DNA of 63,260 bases, filler included, from Stramenopiles sp. TOSAG23-3 (GCA_900128585.1; 9 parts of 9 records of this genome joined end to end with filler, not necessarily neighbours in it); one strand, 5' to 3'. Shown: positions 31,428 to 42,711, numbered from the whole stretch's first letter. The notes: generated by a model from the sequence alone, not told the origin. A program made the numbers and translations.

Positions 31428-32229
31428 AGCCCTACAGAGTGAAAATATAGGAGAGAAAAGAGTTTTTCTAATAAAAAAAAATTGAGATTTGTTTTTAATT
31501 TGAAAAAAGACTTGACGCGTCACCACTTTTAGGCAATGCAAAAGTCCACATTTTCGATTTTTTGCATAGACATCCGGCGAAATATGAAAGCTTGCCCTAA
31601 TACCTTCCATTCTCGATAAAAGAAAAAAGGTGTAAAAACAACCGTCAGTGCGGTGCAAGCCCATCGACGACAACCGCCGCCAGCAGCAGCGCCGTAACCA
31701 CCGTGGCGGACGAGTTGGACGCCGCCGGAAGAACCATCCCGGCGGGTGGGTTTTTGTTGTTGGAATTTCTGACCTTGCTTGTGGCAGTGTTTTGTCTATA
31801 AAAAAAGTATTTTGATACTCTTTTATATGATACACTCTACCAGCACAACGCAAACATGGGCAAGCCAAATGCATGAAGACAGAAACCATTTTAGGATTTT
31901 ATGGCACTGTCAAATTACAAACATCACTCAAGACCGCAATATATTGCTTGCAAACCAATACGTTAATTTTCCTGTTGTTAAAAAAATCTCAGTGTTATTA
32001 TCAATTACGATTTCAGTTCCAACCCTAATCTTAAAATGGATTTTTTTATTTGATTTTTTTATTTCGTTAGTAGTTGTGTCAATAATCACTGATCACTGAG
32101 GAATTTATAATTGTTTATATTTTTTTCCAATGATGAACAGTTAATTAATTTAAATAACGAACAGCCAATTTTTTGTTTTATGATATAACAGGTAAGGGTA
32201 ATATATATAACGTTTTTTGTTACGTCCTT

Positions 32230-32417
32230 TTCCCTTTTTCATGTTTCCTTTTTCGTGTTTCCTTTTTCGTGTTTCCTTTTTCTCCTTTATCCTTTTTCGT
32301 GTTTCCGTTTTCGTGTTTCCTTTTTCGTGTTTCCTTTTTCGTGTTTCCTTTTTCGTGATTCCTTTTTCTCCTTTATCCTTTTTCGTGTTTCCGTTTTCGT
32401 GTTTCCTTTTTCGTGTT
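32230..32417. repeat. ~15-bp pyrimidine-rich tandem repeat (TTTTTCGTGTTTCCT) with a higher-order duplication
   Basis: About ten copies. The block TTTTTCTCCTTTATCCTTTTTCGTGTTTCCGTTTTCGTGTTTCC occurs twice. Confidence 0.9.
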
Positions 32418-32454
32418 TGACGCGCCGGTCAGTCCATTGTAAATATATAGAGTT

Positions 32455-34292
32455 ATGGCCGTCCCGAGTAGTGTAATGAAGCGTTCCAACAGTGTATTTG
32501 GAGCCTCGATGTTCACTCGCAGGGATCGGGACCGTCAGCCTCACTACAGCTCGTTCAGGCGGGGAAGTTTGTACACGCTGCAGATGAATCAAAAGAGAGG
32601 CGAGGGAAGGGGAAATTTGCAACAGCTCGTAAACGGGATGTCGGCGGGAACGGGCAGGGCGGAGGGAAAGCCCAGGGGTCGAGCAATTCAAAAGCGGAAA
32701 AGCAACAAGCGCCATACCACCTTCAACTCAATCAATATCCCCAGACGATCCAAATGGATGTCGGTGAAGTCCAAAATACAGAGGGAGAAGGAGCAGAAGC
32801 GTGAAATGCTGCTGAAGAATTCTACGTCGTTGTGGGAGCGCATCCGCCTTAAAATATTGGCCACGCCCTCCCTTTTGAACTCGAAATTGAAAGAATCGGC
32901 TGTCGCACTTGGCATCGTTTTGATGAAAAATTCCCAGGCTCTTCGGGCATTGGTAATAAACGTGTTCAGGAAAGACTACGAAGAGCGCTCGGAATGGGAA
33001 AAACAGATCATCAACGTATTATGCGCCGAGATAGACACGCTAAAAGCGCTGAGGCAGTTCGTCTCTCCAGAGGCGTACGTCTATCTTTGCCAACGTTTGA
33101 GGATTGAAACATACCTTGAAGGTGATACGATTTACAGGAGCGGAGGCACGTCCGCGTGCAGCTATGTGGTCTTGCAGGGAGAGGTGGAGGAGAAAACGAT
33201 AAAGTCGTTGACGAACAATCTGCTCAAAGAGGTGGAAGGCTGGGAAAGGGCAAAAATGTTCGCGAGCTCCGCGGCTACCCGAGATTCGGCGCTTGCGCAA
33301 GCCTATAATTTAGGCGACGAAGAGAACGAGCTGGGTTTTTCTTTAGATGGGTACGAAAAGTATACGAGCAGCCTCGCTCATTCGACAGTTAAAACGTTCA
33401 AGCATAACAGTTCCTTTGGCAGCAGGAGCCGGGGAGAAAATCTGTTCTGCAGGTCTGGGACCGCAACGGCAATAAAGGGGTTTGGAAAGACGCGGTGCGT
33501 GGATCTGCTTGTGATCGATTTTAAATTCTTCGATAAGGCCGTGCCTATCGAACGAAAATCAACAATAAAAGAGTATAAGCTGAGCTTGAAGCAGGAAGAA
33601 GGCTGGGAGCAGCTGCTGCAGATAGTTTTAAGGGATTGTGCACTGCTGAACAAAGTGCACCCCATATCGCTACTGAAATTCGTGCAAATGTGCAAATTCA
33701 AAAAAGTCCCCAAAGGGGCGTATTTCTACAAGAAAGGGAACACGGCACCGTGCATGTACATTATCATCGAAGGCCACGCCAGAGTGCTCGAGGAAGGGGC
33801 GAACCTGTCGGCATCCCCGCATCCATCTCCACCCGTGCAGGTGTTGACAAATCATGGAGAAGAAAATTTTCAAATTAACATTAACGATATTTTCAGAGGC
33901 GGGGTTGTCGGAGAGAGTTTTATTATGAACAAACTTAGCGATCCTCGCACCGAACGATTTATAAGAAAACGACTGCGGCATTTGAAAAGAAAAGGGTTGA
34001 AGTTTTCGATGGAGCCCAACACCGATTTCGGGATGCTGAAGACGGAACCCTTTGTGGCCCAGGCAGTCAGTGATTGCCACTGCATAACTCTCGAAAATTG
34101 CCCCGAGATACGCCTGAACAAGGGCGACAAGAGTTTGAAGCACCAGTTGCACGACGTTTTGAGAGTCATTGTTGTGTTATGGTTTTCAATCAATTATGCG
34201 CTCTTCTTCTTCTGTAACTTTTCTGACTACTATTCCCTTCCTTTTGTTGTTCATTGGGCAATGGTTCTTTTCATACACAGTTTAAATAAGCA
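32455..34292 (+). CDS. Cyclic-nucleotide-binding (cNMP) domain protein with two CNB-like domains; 3' end probably intronic and truncated
   Basis: YLEGDTIYRSGGTSACSYVVLQGEV...SFG...RSGTATA and PKGAYFYKKGNTAPCMYIIIEGHA. Pyrimidine-rich stretch ending ...CATACACAG at 34280. Confidence 0.8.
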
Positions 34293-34392
34293 NNNNNNNN
34301 NNNNNNNNNNNNNNNNNNNNNNNNNNNNNNNNNNNNTTAATTAATTAANNNNNNNNNNNNNNNNNNNNNNNNNNNNNNNNNNNNNNNNNNNN

Positions 34393-34467
<75 letters not shown>
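34393..34467. repeat. (CTTT)n microsatellite
   Basis: Direct reading. A similar tract lies at 51533-51610. Confidence 0.95.
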
Positions 34468-34798
34468 TGTTGGAAAATTGCAGATGCTACTTTTATGTTA
34501 TTTTTTCATGGAGGATGGATGGCTCTATTATAAAACCAACCTAATCTTATAATCTTCTAACCTTTTAAACTAAACAACTCCATCCAAAGAAACCAAATTG
34601 GATATATTTAATGTTATTAATTATACAAATCAAACCAAACACCTTCTCCAAAGAAACCAAAGGAATTTAGTTTCCCCCAAATACGGTGATTTAGTTATTG
34701 CTTTTTCAGGAAAACGTTTCGTTTTTATATTTTGTGCATTTAGTACTCTTCCGTCAAATTTCCAACACCGGCAGCCCCCGGTTGGTTGTTCCACAATC

Positions 34799-37700
34799 TC
34801 AACGTCCAAAATCATCATCTACATCTGAAAATGGCAAGATTACGTTTACCGCCCCCTCCTCCTCGCGGTTGTCGTTCCCCGCGTTATTTGTGCCGTCTCG
34901 CTGTAAATTTGGTAATTCCAAAGAAATTTCATGGGGGGCTGAAGAGATCCCACCTGACCTTGCGCCAGAGTGGTTTGCCATTTGCACCTCCAGCTTATTG
35001 ATTATTTTGGCCTTCTTCACGGCTCTTTGAAATGCTTTTTGACGATGCTTTTGCCGTGAATTGTAACTGCGAAAAATCTTTTGTAGCTGAATTGCCGAGT
35101 GGTGACTATGCGGTCGTCTGCCATGGCTTTCGAGCCAAACCGCGTCTAACTTATTGATCAGCTTGATTTTATTGACAGCTTTGTTGAAGGCCTTGTGCCG
35201 ATGTTTTAACCGCAAGCTGTACCCTCGAAATATTCTTTGCAAGTGCACGGCCGACTCATGACTGCGTTTTTTAACGCGATGGCTATGAAGCCATTCCATG
35301 TCCGCGATGCTGGGGTGCGCTGACAGTCTTACTTTCAGCTGGTACGACTCAAAGTTGACTTTGGAAGGGTGCTTCTCAAAATGCTCTACCATTTCTGAGC
35401 CAAGCGTGGATTTTTCTCGGAAAATGAGAAGGGTGCCACCGAACGTGGGAAGAAAGTACATGATAGAATAAACCAACTGAAAAAGTGCGGACATGGTCAT
35501 CCGTGATTGAACAAACGACGCCAAAGCCTCTCGACACCGAAAATTTCCTGGGCAGTTATGTGCCGTGCCCCATATACTCATACTGGCTGCTTCTACATCT
35601 TTTTCTGACCAATTGTCCCGTACCGAATCTCCTGCCGATTGCGCCGCAAAACTGAAAATGATCACTCCTGTGGAAAAGGACACCAGCATGCAAGCAATTG
35701 CCGTTGTTGTAAAAACCATCATCGTCCTTTTATTCCGAGACAGAAGTCCATGCATGCCAAGAATGGAGTTCAAAGTCAAAAAACACCCTGGCAGCACAGC
35801 GATTAGGTCGTACAATATTCCAAACCTTCCAATCCACGAAAAACCTAGCCCTGAGCCAATCATTCCAGTTAGGAGCAGAAGCAAGTTGCCCACAAGCAGG
35901 TTTGTGTGCGATGTAGCTTTGGATCCAAGGATTATTGCAGATCCAATGTAACCTGCACCAGAAATAATAGAAAGCAGCACAAAATACACCCCTGCGACGA
36001 TCATTTTACCGCGAAGGCTGAACGGCAATATGTCGTTCGACAAGCGGCCGATGTACGATGCCAAAATATCAGGGAGCCAAAAGCACGAGCACCCAAACAC
36101 CAATGCATACAATGACACTAATACCTGCGAGTAGGCGTACACGAGCAAAGACGCCCCGGGCACCCCAATACGCTTTGCATCAAAGCCCTTGGCACCCAGG
36201 CTGTGCAGTGCCGCTGACCAAAATAATAGTGAAGGTCTCAGCGACCAGAACCCCAGGACAAGGATGGCCAGGGCAAACAGTGTTTGAAATACCGACGTCA
36301 CCTTAATGATTACGTACCCAACATTTCGGTTTCTATGCTCTTTAAACTCATGGTCGTGGACGTCGCCCAAAGCAATTTTCCACAGTCGATTGATGTCACC
36401 GTACCCATGATGTGATTCAAGGAAGGCAATGGCAGACTTTCGCTTGCTGTGGTTAAACTTACAACACAAGATCGATGTAACTATAAGTATCAACAGGGTT
36501 GACCAAATCACCCATTCTGCTACCGGGGAACTAACGGCCATAAAACGGCCTGAGACGTTTTCCTGTTTGCAGAATTGGACAGGCTCGGGACATTCCACAG
36601 ACCCACTAAAGCCGGGGATATTCAACTCACCGCCTGGACTAGGGCAGTCGTACCAATACATACCGTAGAAACCTTCAATGCCAATTTGCAGGTCGCTTGG
36701 GGTAGCGCAATTAGTGCGATAGCAGAGTCCTAACTTCCCTTTCGCCAGAAAGAGCACAGACGCCTCTCGGAGATCGGATCGTAGGCAACGGCACGTGGGG
36801 CAAATGGATTGTCCCCCAAAAGCACCGATGGACTTGCGGGTATCACTGGACAATAAATCGGTAGCACTCACTCCGCCCATTCCTCCTTCAGAAAAGTCGG
36901 TGGTTGAAAATTTTGTATATGCACAATTCCAAACACCAACTGACACAGGGGCATAGTCCATGGCCGGGTTCCACCCTCCAAGATTCGTTTTCCCCAGCCA
37001 CCGGTAAGGTTTGGGGATGTTTGGTCTTGCTGAAACCGAACTGCTCCCTGATATACGGCATGTCTTGGGCCCAGTAGGCGGCGCTGTGCATGTATCGCGC
37101 CCAAGCGTGTCAAAAACTGCTGGGTGCTTTGCAGTATAGGATTTGTGGACACAGTCGGCAGACATCCTGTTGTCAGGGGCACAACCGCTTATGCCGTTTT
37201 CGGCGCACTGGTAAATACTAGGCCATGCGCTGACAAGCCCATCGAAAAACGCGCACCCTTCTTCGCGGCCCCACCGAAGGTATCCTTTCGAACGTTTCTT
37301 ATTCACCTTCAACTCGTCCTCTGTTGCGTCTCGGGGTGGTGATCCAAAGAGAGAAATTTCTGCACCTGCCTGCCCATCCGTCGAAGGCCTGACAAGACTG
37401 CCGGCCTCGTCATAATTTACCCCATAGTGACCAGTGTCTGCCAAAAACGCCAGCGTTATGTCTGACAAATAAGACTCCCCACTCCTAGTACCATAGGACA
37501 TCATTTCTGGACCGAATTGCCTTGCTTCCCAGTGCGTCCCAGTTCCTCGCGGTAAATCCTCCAGCGCGGGGCCTTCGGACGTTTCGCATGAAGTCTGCTC
37601 TTTCCACAGTTGCGTGACGGTCGGTAATTTAATGTGCATCACATCTTTCTTCAATTCAGGGCTGTACTTAATTTGCCAAGTATTGTCTCCCGAAGGCACG

Positions 37701-38491
37701 TTGATGTTGCTGGACTTGCTAGGGTGAAAATGGTCCATTTTGACAGCACCGAGGACGTGAAACAGTTCGTGGAGTGTGGTTCGGCGTTCCAGCTCTACAA
37801 CGTTTGAGGCATTTTGACCCTTCGGCTTCAATTTTCTAGGGCAGAGATTAAAATATCCCAGTATGCACCTGTTGTTGCTATCGTGCATGATGCAACCCGC
37901 ATACCCTGCCACATTATCGCTGTCGTGTTTCCTCAGAGTCGCAATAATAACCAGGTCCGTTCCGTTCAGCAGCTGGTTCTGGGCGTTTAACTCATCGACG
38001 TAAGCTGTCCACGACCCAGACAGGGCCGCCTTATCGACGCGTATCCCTGCCGTCCGTTGGTTTACACTAATCAATTTGCTCAGCTTTGAGCTTGCCCAAG
38101 CTAGTCGTTTCCTTGCTAATTTCTTGATTTCAGGAGAGACCACGTCTGGATCCTTGCATACAACTGGGCAGCTACTTGCCTCGAGTCGTCCTTGGCAAGG
38201 GTCGACAGTCGCCCCTGCGCTAGCACAGGAAAACTGATCACCATCAAACAAATCCCACAAAATTTTTATTCTAATAGGTTCCTTGGTATTGTTAACTGCG
38301 CTTAGCTTTCTACTAGTCGAATATCCTGCCTCATCCTCCGGCAGTTCATATATTTTCTTTTTGTCCAAAGCGTCATGATCTAGCAGCCCGGTTCCACAGA
38401 TCGTGCCGTCAGAGAAGCCATGTTCGTGGGATTCCGCGGCTGCAAACAGCAATAGGAAGAAGCAAGCTAAATGCAACGGTGGAAAAACCAT
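34799..38491 (-). CDS. Leishmanolysin/GP63 (peptidase M8) with a multi-TM region and two IQ motifs
   Basis: Signal peptide from ATG 38491. HELFHVLG zinc motif, GTHWEAR third ligand, EMMSY Met-turn. About nine hydrophobic segments. IQ-like LQRIFRGYSLR and LQKIFRSYNSR. Confidence 0.92.
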   Translation of the reverse strand: MVFPPLHLACFFLLLFAAAESHEHGFSDGTICGTGLLDHDALDKKKIYELPEDEAGYSTSRKLSAVNNTKEPIRIKILWDLFDGDQFSCASAGATVDPCQGRLEASSCPVVCKDPDVVSPEIKKLARKRLAWASSKLSKLISVNQRTAGIRVDKAALSGSWTAYVDELNAQNQLLNGTDLVIIATLRKHDSDNVAGYAGCIMHDSNNRCILGYFNLCPRKLKPKGQNASNVVELERRTTLHELFHVLGAVKMDHFHPSKSSNINVPSGDNTWQIKYSPELKKDVMHIKLPTVTQLWKEQTSCETSEGPALEDLPRGTGTHWEARQFGPEMMSYGTRSGESYLSDITLAFLADTGHYGVNYDEAGSLVRPSTDGQAGAEISLFGSPPRDATEDELKVNKKRSKGYLRWGREEGCAFFDGLVSAWPSIYQCAENGISGCAPDNRMSADCVHKSYTAKHPAVFDTLGRDTCTAPPTGPKTCRISGSSSVSARPNIPKPYRWLGKTNLGGWNPAMDYAPVSVGVWNCAYTKFSTTDFSEGGMGGVSATDLLSSDTRKSIGAFGGQSICPTCRCLRSDLREASVLFLAKGKLGLCYRTNCATPSDLQIGIEGFYGMYWYDCPSPGGELNIPGFSGSVECPEPVQFCKQENVSGRFMAVSSPVAEWVIWSTLLILIVTSILCCKFNHSKRKSAIAFLESHHGYGDINRLWKIALGDVHDHEFKEHRNRNVGYVIIKVTSVFQTLFALAILVLGFWSLRPSLLFWSAALHSLGAKGFDAKRIGVPGASLLVYAYSQVLVSLYALVFGCSCFWLPDILASYIGRLSNDILPFSLRGKMIVAGVYFVLLSIISGAGYIGSAIILGSKATSHTNLLVGNLLLLLTGMIGSGLGFSWIGRFGILYDLIAVLPGCFLTLNSILGMHGLLSRNKRTMMVFTTTAIACMLVSFSTGVIIFSFAAQSAGDSVRDNWSEKDVEAASMSIWGTAHNCPGNFRCREALASFVQSRMTMSALFQLVYSIMYFLPTFGGTLLIFREKSTLGSEMVEHFEKHPSKVNFESYQLKVRLSAHPSIADMEWLHSHRVKKRSHESAVHLQRIFRGYSLRLKHRHKAFNKAVNKIKLINKLDAVWLESHGRRPHSHHSAIQLQKIFRSYNSRQKHRQKAFQRAVKKAKIINKLEVQMANHSGARSGGISSAPHEISLELPNLQRDGTNNAGNDNREEEGAVNVILPFSDVDDDFGR

Positions 38492-38902
38492 CGCATATGC
38501 ATATGGTGCATGCGGACTAAAAAACACTAGAGTTTCCAGTTGCAATTGCAAGTAAAGTGGCGAAAACTTTTCAGAGACATTACTGTACAGGTACATTGCA
38601 TTTGTTTACGGCAGCGTTTTGGTTTGACTCTGTATATAGTCATTTGAAACATTATTATCAATATGATACCCAAGAGAGTTTACTTCTTCTTCTTCTTTCT
38701 TCTTCTTCTTTATTGTTCCGTTTTTTTAGTAAATGATGATGTTTGTATCATCCTCTTCCTCTTCCTCTTCCTCCTCCCCTCCTTTTATTATTATTATTTT
38801 AATCCTTATATCATATGATATTTTATTATATTTCTTATTATAGGTTTTATTATATTAATCTCACAACTAAAATGCTAGCCCCCCCCGCTCTAAACGCACA
38901 GC

Positions 38903-41900
38903 TCACTTTTGACCCGCCATCTCTTTCGTGTCTACACTGTCACCGTGGCAACTGAGACTGATTCGTGGGCGACGGTTCGCCCGTGGGTCAAGGTAGCTCA
39001 CGAACGACAACAAATCGTCGCCGTTCGGGATGAATGTGAGCCCGTAGTTTGTCTCTGGGCTGGTAATCCACTCACGGAGCCAGTCGCTGATGTCTATTGC
39101 AAGCCACTCGTTCTTTCGCTCACCCTTTACCTTCACGCAGTTCTTTGCCACTGGGCCGTTGAACGCCGGCTTTGACCTCCACGTCACTTCCGCCGCCTTC
39201 CACGGGCGAATGATTTTGCACACGGTGACGTCGTTGACGCTCTCGTCCAGGACGAACAGCCTCAGCCATGCCGTCTTCAGCATCTGGCCCTCCACACTTT
39301 GCGACAGAAAATTGTTCAGGCGAATCTTCATCAGCACCCTGGTTTCCGTGCCAGCCTTGGAGTCCTTCCCCGTGGTCAGGACGGATGAAGGAGAGAAGTG
39401 CTCTTCTGCGTCGTCGTCGCCATTTTTTACCTCCACGGCCGAGAGCGCGTCCGAGTTCAGCTGGATCGACTTTGGTGCAATCCGGTTCTCGCTGCCAACC
39501 TTGCAGCTCCAACGGCTCGACTCCGGCTCCTCCTTCTCGAAGCTGTGGGTGGCCTCGCCCACCCGGACCCGGCAGAACACTTCCTGCCCTCTCATCCGGT
39601 AATCGTCATGCGTGAAGATCCAGAACGCGTCCTTTCGGATCCCTGGGACAAGGCCCCACGGCAAAATCCCATTTTGGCCCTCCTCCACCGCAGTCGGCCA
39701 TTCCTCTTTTGGCTTGAAGTCCTTCTTCGCCCAGTCGTGGATGTCTTTGTTCGTTGCGGTGCAGCGCCACGACGAGCTCGTCACAAGGTCTTTCCCAAAC
39801 GTTCCAAGGATCCCAGAGCGCGCATCGTCCCCACCCTTGGCTTTGATGGCGTACGTTTCCGTTCCCAGGGGGGCCCTGAACCGGAACGTATCCTTTGCTG
39901 GCTCGAACCACTCCCCCTTGCCCAAAGACTTCCCGTCCGCAAAGAGTTCGAAGTCTTTGTCCGCCACCAGTGCAACTGGGATGCCCCCTGCCTCCAGCTT
40001 CACGTTGTCCACGAACCAATTGTTGCAGCAGTAGCACGTGTGGTTGGCCTGGAAGAAGCGGAGCTGGGTCTGCTTGGACAGGGCATGCTTTGGCAGCCTG
40101 GCCGTCATCGTTTTGAACTTTCCCCCGTTGTCCTGGAACAGCGTGCCGTAGACCTTTTCTGGGTACGCCTTCAACTGCTTCCAATGGGACTGGTTTCGCT
40201 CGCACTCCAGCTGCCCAGCAGTGCAGTACTGGACAAGCGGGTCGAACGCATCCGCAACCTTCAGCGTCTCTGCAGCGATCAGCTCCGTCTTCTCCTCCTC
40301 CATGCTCTCCTTCAGGTTTTCCTTGGCCTCCTCCTGCTCTTCTTCCGACTCTTGGGCAGCGACCTTTTCGACCTTTTCGTCCCCCGTCGCTGTCATGTCA
40401 TTGACGCAGTTCGACAACGCTTCCTCCGTCTGGATCTCCGGCTTGCTCTTGCACATCTTGATCGCCTGCGCTTGGGACATCTTGTCCTTTTTCTCGTCGC
40501 CCAGGGTCTTCTCGTTCAGGACACGGTCCCTTGCAAACTCTCGGGCGATCGTCGCCTCGGCATCCACCATTGCAGCCATCGCCATCTTTTGCTTGGACTG
40601 CGCTGTGCTCTTCAACGACTTGAAGTACGGCGAGTACCGGAACCCTGGTTTCCACGCCCCGCACTTGAAGTAGGAGTCCTTGGCACCGACCTGGAACTTG
40701 TTCCTGGCCTCGCGCGAAATCTGGTGGTGGTGCCGTTTCCCCCTGCCATAGATCAGGGCCCGGGCGTCGTTGTTCCGGTTCCCATCGAAACTCCCGCAGA
40801 GGCCGTCGGATTTTCCATCCTTTGGGGCAGTGACGCGAATGTACACGTTCAGCCAGTACGCCGAGCCACACTGCCCTCTCCACCACCGGTACCGCCACCA
40901 GCCCCCAAGGTAAATGTTTCCGACCCCCCGCATGTAAATGTAGCGCCCGCCGTTGTAGCGCAGGGCACCGTCGGGCGAGCTCCAGGCCCTGCCCCACCCA
41001 ATGTTCTGGCAGCCCCCGTTGCCAGTGTTGACACGGACCTGAAAGCGGTTCCCGTTCCCACAGTGGGGCTGCTCAATGCTGAGCACAAAGTTCTTGTACT
41101 TGACGGCGACCCCTGCGGTGGCAGAGATGCGAGGGTGCGCCATGCGCGTCAGCTCGTGGACTTCAAAGCCAAGCTTTGGGTGCTTGAACATGAGGAACTC
41201 CCCAGCGTCGTAAATGTTGTACCGCATCCCATCGAGGGTCAGCGGGTGGGGGTCCCCCACGCTCTGGCACTCTGCGGACGCCAGGTGGACCTCGCACTTC
41301 TTGCCAACGTACCCAGGGTTGCACCGGCAGGTGCAAGTCCTGCTGTCGGCCTCCCAAAAACTGTTGTAGTACGGTTTCTTCTTGGTGTAGGTGCTCTTGT
41401 AGATGCCCTTGCCATGGCCGCTGCAGGGCGGGTTGTTCTCGCACCGGCGGCGCTGGTTCAGCTCCTCCTTCTGCAGGTCTCTAAACTTGTCCTTGAGCAT
41501 TTTCACCCGCGCCTTTTCCGCCTGCTCCTTCTTCTTCTTCTTTAAGTCCTGCTCTGCCTTTCTTTTCCTGTCCTCCTCGGACTTTACAAGCTTCAAGTGG
41601 TTCTTCAAGCAGCCGTCTTCGCCGTTCTCCTCCCCCAGTTTCAGGTCGAAGGTAAGGAGGACGCCCGTCTTGCTTGTCGACATGTCCATGGGCCACGTCG
41701 TCAGGTGCCTGCTGCCGTCGAAGAGGTGGCTCTCCCCCCTTGCGTTCCCGTCAAAGTTCATCCCTTTGTTCCCTTTCAGGTCGACAATGTGGGAGAGGCC
41801 CGCCTTCTCCGTTTCGACCCAGTTCTCTTTCTTCCAGCCCTCCTTGAAGTCGTCCTCCAGCAGGACGTTCAGGGGCTCGTCGAAGCGCACTTCCTCCTCC

Positions 41901-42298
41901 TCCTTCTCCTGCGTGTTGTTCTTTGCCGCCTCCGCCTTTGCCCGTTCGGTAAGGCAGGTCTTGAAGACGGACTTGACGACGGCGTTTGGGACTTTGACGT
42001 TTGCCCGGCGGGCCGCGTGGAAGAGTTCCTTGATCCTCGTCGCGTTGCAGTCGATCTTCTTCACGTAGTCCACCACGAACGAGCCTGCCTTGTCGCTCTC
42101 GCTCTTCCCGTCGGCTTTCTCCTCGTCCTTGTCGTTTCTCCCCCTATGCCCCCTGCCCTTCCCATGCCCACTCTTTGCTTTCAGCAACCGTACCCCATGG
42201 TGAACCCGGCCTTCCACGTGGATAACTTCGGCACCTACAAGCAACACTACCAGCAAGAGCCCAAGCGTTGTCGTTGACGTTCGTCCTTGCCTTGCCAT
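38903..42298 (-). CDS. Secreted mosaic protein: reelin-like repeat, EGF, VWD, lectin-like beta-sandwich and C-terminal DNRLRE/CBM96-like domain
   Basis: Signal peptide. EGF CSGHG...CTCRCNPGYVGKKCE. VWD CQSVGDPHPLTLDG and GLCGSFDGN. Reelin-like TQLRFFQ...WFVDNVKL. C-terminal VTWRSKP...IDISDWLREWITSPETNYGL...RRPRISL. Confidence 0.85.
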   Translation of the reverse strand: MARQGRTSTTTLGLLLVVLLVGAEVIHVEGRVHHGVRLLKAKSGHGKGRGHRGRNDKDEEKADGKSESDKAGSFVVDYVKKIDCNATRIKELFHAARRANVKVPNAVVKSVFKTCLTERAKAEAAKNNTQEKEEEEVRFDEPLNVLLEDDFKEGWKKENWVETEKAGLSHIVDLKGNKGMNFDGNARGESHLFDGSRHLTTWPMDMSTSKTGVLLTFDLKLGEENGEDGCLKNHLKLVKSEEDRKRKAEQDLKKKKKEQAEKARVKMLKDKFRDLQKEELNQRRRCENNPPCSGHGKGIYKSTYTKKKPYYNSFWEADSRTCTCRCNPGYVGKKCEVHLASAECQSVGDPHPLTLDGMRYNIYDAGEFLMFKHPKLGFEVHELTRMAHPRISATAGVAVKYKNFVLSIEQPHCGNGNRFQVRVNTGNGGCQNIGWGRAWSSPDGALRYNGGRYIYMRGVGNIYLGGWWRYRWWRGQCGSAYWLNVYIRVTAPKDGKSDGLCGSFDGNRNNDARALIYGRGKRHHHQISREARNKFQVGAKDSYFKCGAWKPGFRYSPYFKSLKSTAQSKQKMAMAAMVDAEATIAREFARDRVLNEKTLGDEKKDKMSQAQAIKMCKSKPEIQTEEALSNCVNDMTATGDEKVEKVAAQESEEEQEEAKENLKESMEEEKTELIAAETLKVADAFDPLVQYCTAGQLECERNQSHWKQLKAYPEKVYGTLFQDNGGKFKTMTARLPKHALSKQTQLRFFQANHTCYCCNNWFVDNVKLEAGGIPVALVADKDFELFADGKSLGKGEWFEPAKDTFRFRAPLGTETYAIKAKGGDDARSGILGTFGKDLVTSSSWRCTATNKDIHDWAKKDFKPKEEWPTAVEEGQNGILPWGLVPGIRKDAFWIFTHDDYRMRGQEVFCRVRVGEATHSFEKEEPESSRWSCKVGSENRIAPKSIQLNSDALSAVEVKNGDDDAEEHFSPSSVLTTGKDSKAGTETRVLMKIRLNNFLSQSVEGQMLKTAWLRLFVLDESVNDVTVCKIIRPWKAAEVTWRSKPAFNGPVAKNCVKVKGERKNEWLAIDISDWLREWITSPETNYGLTFIPNGDDLLSFVSYLDPRANRRPRISLSCHGDSVDTKEMAGQK

Positions 42299-42464
42299 TG
42301 TTGTACTACTATAACACTCAAACAGCTACGCAGACAATCGTTCCTTCCCCCTCTGTTTCACGTGAGGCGTGTTTTTGATCTTGTCCTTCTTCTATACCAT
42401 TCACTCAATGCAATGCTTTTCATTGAGAATTCGGAAATGCCAATTTGGCCTTTAATTGATAAAT

Positions 42465-42624
42465 AATTAGAAGGAAGATAGGTAAGGGAATTAAATTGAC
42501 TTTCATACTGTTCCTATGATAATACACAATTAGAAGGAAGATAGGTAAGGGAATGGAATTGACTTTCATACTGTTCCTATGATAATACACAATTAGAAGG
42601 AAGATAGGTAAGGGAATTAAATTG
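42465..42624. repeat. 63-bp tandem repeat, ~2.5 copies
   Basis: AATTAGAAGGAAGATAGGTAAGGGAAT... starts at 42465, 42528 and 42591, with near-identical intervening sequence. Confidence 0.95.
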
Positions 42625-42711
42625 TATTTCATATTTCTAGTACTATTCGTATGTATTGTTATACTCCCCCCCCCTCCTTTCTTCTTTTTTATTTTAGGAA
42701 TTCCTTTCTTC

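Noticed and set aside
31362-31889. 175-aa minus-strand ORF over a small GC-rich patch
   Set aside because: Non-protein-like composition, largely in AT-rich spacer DNA.
39398-41545. 715-aa antisense ORF, and similar ones at 23450-24265 and 58076-58948
   Set aside because: Shadow frames of GC3-rich genes on the opposite strand, with no domain features.
42465-42624. CRISPR-like spacing of a ~27-bp repeat
   Set aside because: The intervening sequences are near-identical (plain 63-bp tandem repeat), there are no cas genes, and the context is eukaryotic.
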